From assembly GCA_963736115.1 (NCBI GenBank), contig CAVTNR010000030.1, positions 32,001 to 96,000 of the forward strand: 64,000 nucleotides of DNA. Reading direction: 5' to 3'. The notes beneath the pieces were generated by a model. That model was not told the origin of the DNA. It did not search any database and saw only the letters and a program-made list of their open reading frames with translations. How positions within the stretch are numbered: position 1 is the stretch's first letter; each line of letters begins with the position of its first letter. This DNA comes from an uncultured bacterium. Lineage in GTDB: Bacteria > Zhuqueibacterota > QNDG01 > DTFT01. The position numbers and the translations under genes were made by a program. Below, in pieces: positions 18,290-26,733 of this stretch.

Positions 18290-21200
18290 ATGAACGACCT
18301 TTTCCGTAAATTGCCGGTTTCCGCGACCGCGGTTCTCCTGGCTGTGGGGTTTCTGACGACCGGCAGGGCGCAGGATGTTCCGGTATTCCGGCTTTCCGGC
18401 AGTTCGGACCGGGGATGCACGGTTGAATTCAATCTATTCGATCTTGAGATGGATTCAATCCGCACCCCATCCGGGGAATTCATCCGTGTCGGTTTCCGGG
18501 GCGGCCGCGCCGAGGCGGAAACCGGAGAACCGATGATACCGGTAGCAATCGCAGTCATTGCGATTCCACGGGAAGGCGGCGTCCGGGTTTCGCTCCAGGG
18601 AACGGATCCGGGCCCGGCTTTTGAGAAGATCCGCCTGCTCCCGGGCCCGCGGCTTGAAACCGAGGATGGACTGCCGGTGGAAATATTCGAACCCGGTTCC
18701 GGATATGCGGCCGGCGGGAATGCATCGGAACCGCTTTTCGACGTTTCGGATCCGCAGGTATTCGGCTCCTATCGCGTGGTTCATGTCCGCTTCCATCCGG
18801 TCCGGTACGACGCCGGAAACGGGGCACTGACCGTATTTTCCGGAATCCGTGTATCCGCTGAGTTCGAAAAGCCGGCCGCGTCTTCCGGCGAGCGCGGTCC
18901 GTCCGCGGATGAAGCTGTTTACCGGAACGTTCTGCTGAATTATTCGGAAGCCGGGACATGGAGGAAGCCGGAAAGGCCCGCTCTCCGCAGAACCGGCCGT
19001 GTCCGGCGGACCGGGGAGTATTATAAAATACCAATTTCCTCCGACGCCGTGTACTCCATCAGCGGCGCCTACCTGAAAAACGCGGGCATTGACATCACGG
19101 CAATCGATCCCGCGACCTTGAAGATTTACAACAACGGGGGAATGGCGCTTCCCCTGCCGGTCCGCGACGCGAGGCCCGACAGCCTCGTCGAGAATCCCAT
19201 CCGGGTCATCGGCGTCGAGGACGGACGATTCGACGCGTCCGATGTCCTGCTCTTCTACGGCCGCGGACCCTATGGATGGCAGACGCGAAACCGGGTTTTC
19301 GAGCACACCCTCAATACGTTCACCGAATCGAACGTCTACTGGCTCGTGTTCAATGACGGAAAACCCGGTCAGCGCATTCAGACGGCCCCGGCTCCTGCGA
19401 CTGAATTAACGACGCAGACCGCGACTTTCACGGATTACCAGTTCCTGCAGAACGACAAGGCCAACCCCATTGAGTCCGGCACGTTCTGGTACACAACCCT
19501 TTTCCAGACCGGAAACCCGGAACCCGTGTCCGTCCCGATTCCGGCCTATGATCCGGCCGGCAATGACACGCCCTTTTACCGCATTCTGTTCAAGGGCGAA
19601 GACATGGACGACACCGTCACCCAGACCTTTTTCATTTCAGTGAACGGAAGGAGCATCGGCTCCCATCGCATCATCAACGCCGCCACCCAGCTCTACCAGT
19701 TCAGCGATCCCGCGGGGCTGAAAACAGCGGGCAATACGCTCGGCGTGCGGTTCAGCGCGACCCTTCAGTCCGCGAATGGCTATCTGGGCTGGCTCGAGGT
19801 CCGGTACCGCAGAAACCTGACCGCGAGGGACAACCAGCTGAAATTCTTCTCGCCCCAGGCGGGCGGCGCCTGGCGGTACCGGCTGACCGGCTTCACGGCC
19901 GAGCCCGCCGTGTGGGACGTGACCGATCCCGCGTCGATCCGGGCCCTTTCCGTCATCGCGGAGGACGGCGCATACTGGGTTTCGGATGACGCCGATTCCG
20001 GGGACGTCCGGACTTATTTCAGCCGGTCCGGCTCCTCCACTCCGGCGCCGCCGAGCATTGAAAAGGACGTCTTCGCGGACCTGCGGAACCCGGACCACGG
20101 ATGCGACCTCCTGATCGTCGCGCCAGCGGCCTTCATGGACGCGGCGGAACGGTATGCCCGGTTCAAGCGCGACGCGGATTCGCTCGACGTGTTCACGGCC
20201 GACATCGCCGAGGTGTTCGACGAATTCGGCTGGGGCATACGCGATCCGGCCGCGCTCCGCGATTTCGTCCGGACCGCCTATGAAACCTGGAGAAAACAGC
20301 CGTCTTTTCTGCTTCTGTTCGGGGACGGGCATTACGACTACCGGAACCGGCTCCCCGGCTCCAAAACGAACTGGATCCCCCCCTTCGAGATCGGCGGCAC
20401 ACAGACGCTTTATTCTCCGGCCGTGGACGACTGGTTCGCGTGGGTGGCGGGCGACGACGCGCTGGCGGAACTGGCGGTCGGCAGGGCCACCGTGGAATCC
20501 GCGGAACAGGCGAACACCGTGGTCGACAAGTGGATCCGGTACCAATCCGAGCCGGACCGGGGCGACTGGCGCAGTCTGATCACCATCGTGGCGGACGACG
20601 AAATCAGCCCGGATTTTTCCTCGGAAATGGAGCATGTCCGGGATTCCGAAACCCTGGCCGCCCGCATCCTGCCTCCGGCTTTCAACCAGCGCAAGATTTA
20701 CATGACCGAATACCCGGTCGAGATACAGACGCGGCGCCTCAAGCCGCAGGCGGAAGACGATCTCATCCGCCAGATCAACGCGGGCACGCTCATCGTCAAT
20801 TACACGGGCCACGCCAACAAGACCGTCTGGGCGCATGAGTGGATTTTCCAGCAGGAAGCCTCCATGAAGCGGCTGGAGAACGGCGGCCGGCTTCCCCTGT
20901 TTTTCGCGGCCACATGCGAATTCGGGCTGTTCGACGATCCGAAGGAACAGTCGTTCTGCGAGGACCTGCTGGCCGCTCCGGGCGCGGGCGGCATCGCGGT
21001 CATCGGCGCGACGCGGTTCAGTTTTTCCACTGAAAATTCCGACCTGAACCGGGCCTTCATGGACCCGCTTCTCCGGAACCTGTCCGATCCGCTCCGCATC
21101 GGCGAAGCCATGCGCATCGCCAAGGTGATCACGATGAACCGGACGAACGACCAGAAGTACGTCATCATCGGCGATCCCACGCTCCGCCTGGCGGCGCCGA

Positions 21201-22237
21201 GGCAGGAAATGATTTTCACCTCGGTCGAGCCGGATACGCTCCGGGCGCTCGGACGGGTCCGCGTGGAAGGCGAGGTCCGGAGAGACGGCGTCCGCTGGGA
21301 GGACTTCAGCGGACGGGTAAAGATTCAGGCATCCGATTCGAAAAAATCCATCCGTTACACGGCCGGATCGGGCGCGTCCGTGAGCTATGTGCTCTCCGGG
21401 AACCCCATGTTCCGCGGCGAAAACGAAGTGACGGCCGGCCGCTTCGCATTTGAATTCATCGTGCCCAAGGACATCACCTACGGCGGCACGCTGGGCCGCC
21501 TCTCCGGTTACGCCTGGAACGAATCCACGGACGGATTCGGCGCCAGGGACGGCTTGATCACCGGCGGCAGCGCGTTCGTGGATGACGGGCAGGGGCCGGA
21601 CATCCGGATCGGTTTCGATGGGCTTCCGAATTTCATGCCGGGCGACATGGTCGCAGGCGATCCGGTGCTCTCGGCCGAGATCGAAGACAGCCAGACGGGC
21701 ATCAACCTGACCGGCGAGCTCGGTCACAAGATCACGCTCGCGCTCGACGACGGGATGCCGGTCGATGTCAGCGCCTATTTCAGCTACGACGCGGGCAGTT
21801 ACCTCAAGGGCCGCGTCGTGTACCCGCTGACCGGCGTGGCGCCCGGCGTCCGCAGTCTCACGCTCAAAGCCTGGGACAATGCGAACAATTCCGCCTCCCG
21901 GACGGTGGAGTTTCGCGCCGTGGCGGAGGACGGGCTGATCCTGGAAAAACTGCTGAATTACCCGAATCCTTTCAGCGACGCCACCCAGTTCACATTCGAG
22001 GTCAGCCGGTCCGCGGAAGCCGAGATCCGGATCTACACGGTGGACGGCCGGCGGATCCGAAGGATCGAAGGCATAGCGGCACAGCCGGGCTTCAACTGGG
22101 TGGACTGGGACGGCCGGGATGAGCGGGGGGACGCGTTGTCGAACGGCGTCTATCTCTACACGGTCACGGCACGGGCCGGAATCGGCGGTCGTAAGGCCGA
22201 GGCCTCGGAAGTGGGCAAAATGATCAAGATGCGGTGA
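18290..22237 (+). CDS. porU: PorU-like C25 (gingipain-family) peptidase / type IX secretion sortase homologue
   Basis: Signal peptide, C25 propeptide-like region, LLLFGDGHYDY, catalytic His (NYTGHA) and Cys (ATCEFG), GDPTLRL, PorU-type FIVPKDITY and KAWDNANNS, C-terminal YPNPF...WDGRD...GVYLY sorting domain. Confidence 0.88.
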   Translation: MNDLFRKLPVSATAVLLAVGFLTTGRAQDVPVFRLSGSSDRGCTVEFNLFDLEMDSIRTPSGEFIRVGFRGGRAEAETGEPMIPVAIAVIAIPREGGVRVSLQGTDPGPAFEKIRLLPGPRLETEDGLPVEIFEPGSGYAAGGNASEPLFDVSDPQVFGSYRVVHVRFHPVRYDAGNGALTVFSGIRVSAEFEKPAASSGERGPSADEAVYRNVLLNYSEAGTWRKPERPALRRTGRVRRTGEYYKIPISSDAVYSISGAYLKNAGIDITAIDPATLKIYNNGGMALPLPVRDARPDSLVENPIRVIGVEDGRFDASDVLLFYGRGPYGWQTRNRVFEHTLNTFTESNVYWLVFNDGKPGQRIQTAPAPATELTTQTATFTDYQFLQNDKANPIESGTFWYTTLFQTGNPEPVSVPIPAYDPAGNDTPFYRILFKGEDMDDTVTQTFFISVNGRSIGSHRIINAATQLYQFSDPAGLKTAGNTLGVRFSATLQSANGYLGWLEVRYRRNLTARDNQLKFFSPQAGGAWRYRLTGFTAEPAVWDVTDPASIRALSVIAEDGAYWVSDDADSGDVRTYFSRSGSSTPAPPSIEKDVFADLRNPDHGCDLLIVAPAAFMDAAERYARFKRDADSLDVFTADIAEVFDEFGWGIRDPAALRDFVRTAYETWRKQPSFLLLFGDGHYDYRNRLPGSKTNWIPPFEIGGTQTLYSPAVDDWFAWVAGDDALAELAVGRATVESAEQANTVVDKWIRYQSEPDRGDWRSLITIVADDEISPDFSSEMEHVRDSETLAARILPPAFNQRKIYMTEYPVEIQTRRLKPQAEDDLIRQINAGTLIVNYTGHANKTVWAHEWIFQQEASMKRLENGGRLPLFFAATCEFGLFDDPKEQSFCEDLLAAPGAGGIAVIGATRFSFSTENSDLNRAFMDPLLRNLSDPLRIGEAMRIAKVITMNRTNDQKYVIIGDPTLRLAAPRQEMIFTSVEPDTLRALGRVRVEGEVRRDGVRWEDFSGRVKIQASDSKKSIRYTAGSGASVSYVLSGNPMFRGENEVTAGRFAFEFIVPKDITYGGTLGRLSGYAWNESTDGFGARDGLITGGSAFVDDGQGPDIRIGFDGLPNFMPGDMVAGDPVLSAEIEDSQTGINLTGELGHKITLALDDGMPVDVSAYFSYDAGSYLKGRVVYPLTGVAPGVRSLTLKAWDNANNSASRTVEFRAVAEDGLILEKLLNYPNPFSDATQFTFEVSRSAEAEIRIYTVDGRRIRRIEGIAAQPGFNWVDWDGRDERGDALSNGVYLYTVTARAGIGGRKAEASEVGKMIKMR

Positions 22238-22620
22238 CCGGCATGTACAGCGGCCTGGTCCTGGATCATTTCAAGAATCCCCGGTGCATCGGGGAAATCG
22301 AGAATCCCGACGCGGTCGGAGAGGCGAAGAACGAAGCCGACGGCGACCATGTCCGCCTGACACTCCGAATCAGAGACGGGCGCATCGAGGAGTGCCGGGT
22401 TCAGGTGATGGGATGCGTGGCCGCCATCGCGTCCGCCAGTTTTTTCGCGGAATGGATGCAGGGGAAAACCCCCGCCGAGGCCGTTGCCCTGACCGAGGCG
22501 CAGCTGGCCGAACGCATGGGCGGTCTTCCGGAGCACAAGATCCGGTGTTCGCTGACCTGCGTCGCGGCTCTGCGGGACGCGATCGCGAATCCCGAACCTG
22601 CGGCGGAAAGCCGTGGGTGA
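22234..22620 (+). CDS. IscU/NifU-N-like Fe-S scaffold protein with atypical ligands
   Basis: YSGLVLDHFKNPR, GCVAAIAS, GGLPEHKIRCS. The canonical first Cys (CGD) is replaced by Asp (DGD). Confidence 0.85.
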   Translation: MTGMYSGLVLDHFKNPRCIGEIENPDAVGEAKNEADGDHVRLTLRIRDGRIEECRVQVMGCVAAIASASFFAEWMQGKTPAEAVALTEAQLAERMGGLPEHKIRCSLTCVAALRDAIANPEPAAESRG

Positions 22621-23278
22621 AACGGAACCACGCGCCGAGAGCGTTCCGCCGGACGATGTCACTTTCTCGATCGAGAAGCCCGGCCGGTTCGAACTGACGG
22701 TCAAGGGATCGCGTTTCATCGGATTCGCGGCGCGTGCCGCGTCCGCCGAAGCCGCTGAACAATGGGCCGGTTCGATTGCGGAAGAATACAGGGACGCCAC
22801 GCATTGCTGTTGGGCCTGGCGCGTCGGAGCCGGGGACCGTTCCCGGTTCCGGACGAATGACGCAGGAGAGCCCTCCGGCACGGCGGGCCGGCCCATTCTG
22901 GAGGCCATCGACCGCAGGACGCTTTCGGACACGGTCTGCGCGGTGGTCCGGTATTTCGGCGGCCGGAAGCTGGGCACGGGCGGGTTGGCGAGGGCCTACG
23001 GCGAATGCGCGGGCGGCACGCTCGACGCCGGCGGCCGTATGGAGGCCGTCATCGAGGCCGCGTTCCGGGTGCGGTTCGGAGCCGAGCGGACGGGCCGGGT
23101 GATGGCCGTGATCCGGAGGCATCGGGCGCGTGTCGAAAACCGGGACTTTCAGTCCGAAACCGAAATGACCGTGCGGGTAAGGGCCGGCCGCGCCGAAGCG
23201 TTCACGGCCGACCTGACCGACGCCACGTCGGGAAAGGCCGTGATTCTGAGGCTGGAAGCCGCGGACGGGGATGGATAG
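22613..23278 (+). CDS. yigZ: YigZ/IMPACT family protein
   Basis: KGSRFIG, ATHCCWAW, DAGEPSGTAGRPIL, VVRYFGGRKLGTGGL. Confidence 0.93.
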   Translation: MGETEPRAESVPPDDVTFSIEKPGRFELTVKGSRFIGFAARAASAEAAEQWAGSIAEEYRDATHCCWAWRVGAGDRSRFRTNDAGEPSGTAGRPILEAIDRRTLSDTVCAVVRYFGGRKLGTGGLARAYGECAGGTLDAGGRMEAVIEAAFRVRFGAERTGRVMAVIRRHRARVENRDFQSETEMTVRVRAGRAEAFTADLTDATSGKAVILRLEAADGDG

Positions 23279-23320
23279 GTTTCTGCCGCGCGGTTCCGTC
23301 CGCAGGCCGAGGAGAATGAA

Positions 23321-23521
23321 ATGTCCGCATGCGACAACCTGAAAAGCAACTTGAGCCGGTGCAACTGCACCTATGAACCCTGCAGTCGGAAGGGGAAATG
23401 CTGCGAATGCCTGGCCTATCACCGACGGGCGGGCGAGCTTCCCGCCTGTTATTTCACGTCTGAGGTCGAAGCCACGTTCGACCGCTCCGTCGGCCGCTTC
23501 ATCGCCATGCACAATCGCTGA
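23321..23521 (+). CDS. Small cysteine-rich protein (resembles DUF6485 family)
   Basis: [30 protein letters not shown]...LPACYF...DRS pattern. Confidence 0.8.
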   Translation: MSACDNLKSNLSRCNCTYEPCSRKGKCCECLAYHRRAGELPACYFTSEVEATFDRSVGRFIAMHNR

Positions 23522-23584
23522 CGCGCGTCCGGCGCCGCGGAACCGCGGCCTGCAGGGAACTCCATCAACCAACGGGGAACGCCA

Positions 23585-24376
23585 ATGGATCTCGGCTTGA
23601 AAGACAAAGTGGCGGTCGTGGCCGCGTCGAGCAGGGGGCTCGGCAAGGCGGTGGCCTGGCAGCTCGCGCGTGAAGGCGCGAAGCTGGTCCTCTGCGCCCG
23701 GAACAAGGAAAACCTCGAGGCGACGGCGGACGAGATTCTTCTCGACACCGGCGTGACGGTGTTCCCGCTGTCCATCGACCTGTCGGACGGCGATCAGGTC
23801 CGCTGGATGGTCGACGAGACCCTGGACCTCTTCGGCCGCGTGGACATTCTGGTCACCAATTCCGGCGGGCCGACGCCCGGCGATTTCGACGAGATCCAGG
23901 AGGAGGACTGGAAGAAGGCCACCGCTCTCACGTTGTACAGTGTCGTGCGGCTGATCCGAGCCGTGCTTCCGTCCATGCGCAAGCACAAATGGGGCCGCAT
24001 CATCAACCTCACGTCGATCTCCGTGAAACAGCCCCTGCCCGGACTGCTCCTGTCGAACGCCCTGCGTCCGGCCGTGGTGGGACTGACCAAGAGCCTGGCG
24101 GAGGAGCTCGCGCCGGACAATATTCTCGTGAACGCGCTGTGCCCGGGATATTTCCTGACGGATCGCGTGAAGGCCCTGGTCGAGGACAAGGCGTCCCGTT
24201 CCAGAAAGCACATTGACAAGATCATCGACGAGATGGTGGGAGAGATTCCGCTCGGACGGATGGGGGATCCGAAGGAGCTCGCCGACCTGGTGGCGTTCCT
24301 CGCGTCCCCGAGGGCCGGGTACATCACCGGAGCCGTGATTCAGGTGGATGGGGGGATGGTCAAGAGCCTGCTGTAA
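23585..24376 (+). CDS. SDR-family oxidoreductase (3-oxoacyl-ACP reductase-like, atypical SxxxR active site)
   Basis: ASSRGLG nucleotide-binding motif, DILVTNSGGP, LSNALR, PLGRMG, YITG...VDGG. Confidence 0.92.
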   Translation: MDLGLKDKVAVVAASSRGLGKAVAWQLAREGAKLVLCARNKENLEATADEILLDTGVTVFPLSIDLSDGDQVRWMVDETLDLFGRVDILVTNSGGPTPGDFDEIQEEDWKKATALTLYSVVRLIRAVLPSMRKHKWGRIINLTSISVKQPLPGLLLSNALRPAVVGLTKSLAEELAPDNILVNALCPGYFLTDRVKALVEDKASRSRKHIDKIIDEMVGEIPLGRMGDPKELADLVAFLASPRAGYITGAVIQVDGGMVKSLL

Positions 24377-24380
24377 ATGA

Positions 24381-24514
24381 GTTCATAGTTCATGGTTCAT
24401 TGTTCATAGTTGAAGAAAAGATGAAAAATCTTCCGCAAAAAAGAAGACGGTAACCTCCTTAAAGGTTACCGTTAATTTTTATGAACCATGAACCATGAAC
24501 CATGAACTATGAAC
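24381..24514. repeat. Inverted pair of heptamer arrays between convergent genes
   Basis: (GTTCATN)x4 at 24381-24408 and (YATGAAC)x5 at 24480-24514, around an AT-rich spacer with the inner hairpin CGGTAACCT/AGGTTACCG. Confidence 0.9.
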
Positions 24515-24515
24515 T

Positions 24516-25256
24516 TTACAGAAAAAGAGACGCCACCCCCGACACCGCGACCTGAACGGTCAGGTTGTCCAGCCCGTGGTGGCTGATTGCCTCCACGATC
24601 ATGGCGCAGAAGCCGCAGGCCAGGGCCATGCGGAGCGCCGCGTCCCACCCGAGATGCATCACCCATCCGCACAGAAAAACAGCGACACACGCCGTCCACA
24701 GCACGGCCAGGGATCCCTCCAGGCTTCTTTCGGCCTTGATTCCGAAGAGGGAGGGTACGCGATAACGGTGCCTTCCCCAGGCCGCGCCGACCGGTTCCGC
24801 GGCCGCGTCCGCCCAGCCCGTCACGAGATATCCGATGAAGGCCGTCTGCGGGAACCAGAGATTGGCCGCCACGCCGCCGAGCACAGTGGAAGCGAGGGGT
24901 AACAGGATGAATAGCCCTTCATGCGGGCTGTCCTTGGCACGCGCCACAGCGTCAAATAGCCCATGGCCCGAGCCTTTCCAGACCGCGAAGGCTACGGCCG
25001 CGGCCACGACGATTCCGAAAACCACGGTCATTTTCAGTCCGAAGCGGAGCTGGAAGATGCAGGCCGCGGAGAATACAATGAAATGGAAAAGTTTCCGGGT
25101 ATAGGGGACGGTCTCTGATTTTTTCGCCCTCAGCCAGGACACGGCGGCGGATGCGAAAGCGACCGTCAGCATGGCGAGCGGCAGGAACAGCAGAAGGTCC
25201 CGGAACGTGAGGCTGAGCAGGCCGCTCCGGAGAAATTCGTAAAATCGATCGGCCAT
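24516..25256 (-). CDS. Membrane polyprenol/diacylglycerol kinase-like protein (phytol/dolichol kinase, CTP_transf_1 clan)
   Basis: Multi-pass hydrophobic protein with TRKLFH, GWADAAAEPVG, RSLEGS and GLDNL. ATG 25256 taken as the start. Confidence 0.78.
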   Translation of the reverse strand: MADRFYEFLRSGLLSLTFRDLLLFLPLAMLTVAFASAAVSWLRAKKSETVPYTRKLFHFIVFSAACIFQLRFGLKMTVVFGIVVAAAVAFAVWKGSGHGLFDAVARAKDSPHEGLFILLPLASTVLGGVAANLWFPQTAFIGYLVTGWADAAAEPVGAAWGRHRYRVPSLFGIKAERSLEGSLAVLWTACVAVFLCGWVMHLGWDAALRMALACGFCAMIVEAISHHGLDNLTVQVAVSGVASLFL

Positions 25257-25467
25257 AATTGATCGTAATATAAACGATTTTTCAGGGGAATGCAAAATCC
25301 GGTGTTTTATCGCGATTCAGTGAATCCCGCCTGAGGAAATTTCAACAAGATGGAATATTTTTAACTTCTTGATTATTGTACATTTAAAAACACGTGGATT
25401 TTAACGTTGGATTTGTTAAATTTAAGCCGGTCGATCACATACCGTTTCATGGACGGGGAAAACACAT

Positions 25468-26733
25468 ATGCAGATCGCTGGATTGAGGTACGGAGCGCCG
25501 CTCCTGAATCTGGTCGAATTTCCGGTGGCCGAACGCCTTGACGGCAATGCCACGCGGGACGAGATCCAGCGCATGCTGGATCAGTACGGCAGAATCGTGG
25601 TCAAACCGTTTTTTTACGGCGGCATCGGAAAAAAGGGGAAGGCCGGCCTGGTCCGCGTCGTGGACAATCTGACCGACGCCATGAAAGCCAAGGAGGAGCT
25701 GTACTTCGCCAAGCACCGGGTCGGCACGAAGACCGCGCGCGCGAACGGCGTCACCTTCGAGGAATTCGTCCAGTCGGAAATCGAGGTCTATTTCGCCATC
25801 GACGCCTCCACGATCGAGCGCAAGTCCGTATTCACGATTTCGCCGTTCGGGGGTGTTGACGTGGAAACGATCACGCCGGACAAAAAACGGACCGTCTGGA
25901 TCGATCCCTTCATCGGCATCAAGTCGTTCGACCTCACCAACAACCTGACGGACATCGGCTGTCCCGAGAAGTTCATTTCCCCGCTCGTCCAGCAGCTTCC
26001 CAAACTGTGGGCCCTGTACGACGGGTACGGGCTCGAGACCATCGAGTGCAACCCCATTCTCATGAAGAAAATTGATAACACCTATGTCCCGACGGTGTGC
26101 GACATCAAGATCAAGTTCGACCAGGACAATCCCGCGTGGCGCCGGCTGGGCCTGCCGCCTCTCCTCTTCCAGTCGGAGGTCTCGCCGTTCGAATCGGAGA
26201 TCAACCGCCTGCGCACCTATCAGGGCCAGAGCGACGTGCTGGAGCTCAACCCGCAGGGGACGATCATCCCCTTCATGTTCGGCGGCGGGGCCAACACGGC
26301 GGCCACCGAGACGCTGGGTGACCACGCGATTTTCTCGTCCGACTTCGGCGGGAACCCGCCGTACGGTAAAATGTACGAAATCGCCCGCATCGTGTTCAAG
26401 CACTGGTTCGACCGTGCCAATGTGATTCTCCTCATCGGCGGAAAGGCCAACAACACGGACATCTACGTGACGTTCAAGGGGATTTTCGACGCCCTGCGCG
26501 ACCACGTCGCGGCCCACGGCAAGCGGCCGGTCACGGTCGTGATCGGACGGGGAGGACCGAACCTGATCAGCGGCATGATGTACGCCAAGGACATCCTCGA
26601 CACCCTGAAGCTCCCGCACAAGATGTTCGGCTTCGATTCGTCCATGATCGAGGTGCTCGAGTACGCGAAGAAAATGGACGACTGGTGGGGCCGCGAAGGC
26701 GCCGACCGGTACCGGAAGGCGGTGGCCAAATGA
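25468..26733 (+). CDS. aclB: ATP-citrate lyase beta subunit (ATP-grasp plus citrate-binding domain)
   Basis: VVKP..GGIGKKGKAGLV ATP-grasp, ECNP, FGGGA, DFGGNPP, IGGKANNTD, GRGGPN. ATGA overlap with the alpha subunit. Confidence 0.85.
   Translation: MQIAGLRYGAPLLNLVEFPVAERLDGNATRDEIQRMLDQYGRIVVKPFFYGGIGKKGKAGLVRVVDNLTDAMKAKEELYFAKHRVGTKTARANGVTFEEFVQSEIEVYFAIDASTIERKSVFTISPFGGVDVETITPDKKRTVWIDPFIGIKSFDLTNNLTDIGCPEKFISPLVQQLPKLWALYDGYGLETIECNPILMKKIDNTYVPTVCDIKIKFDQDNPAWRRLGLPPLLFQSEVSPFESEINRLRTYQGQSDVLELNPQGTIIPFMFGGGANTAATETLGDHAIFSSDFGGNPPYGKMYEIARIVFKHWFDRANVILLIGGKANNTDIYVTFKGIFDALRDHVAAHGKRPVTVVIGRGGPNLISGMMYAKDILDTLKLPHKMFGFDSSMIEVLEYAKKMDDWWGREGADRYRKAVAK

Noticed and set aside
19637-24211. 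Long minus-strand ORFs (696 aa and 613 aa)
   Set aside because: Shadows of the porU-to-SDR genes on the plus strand.
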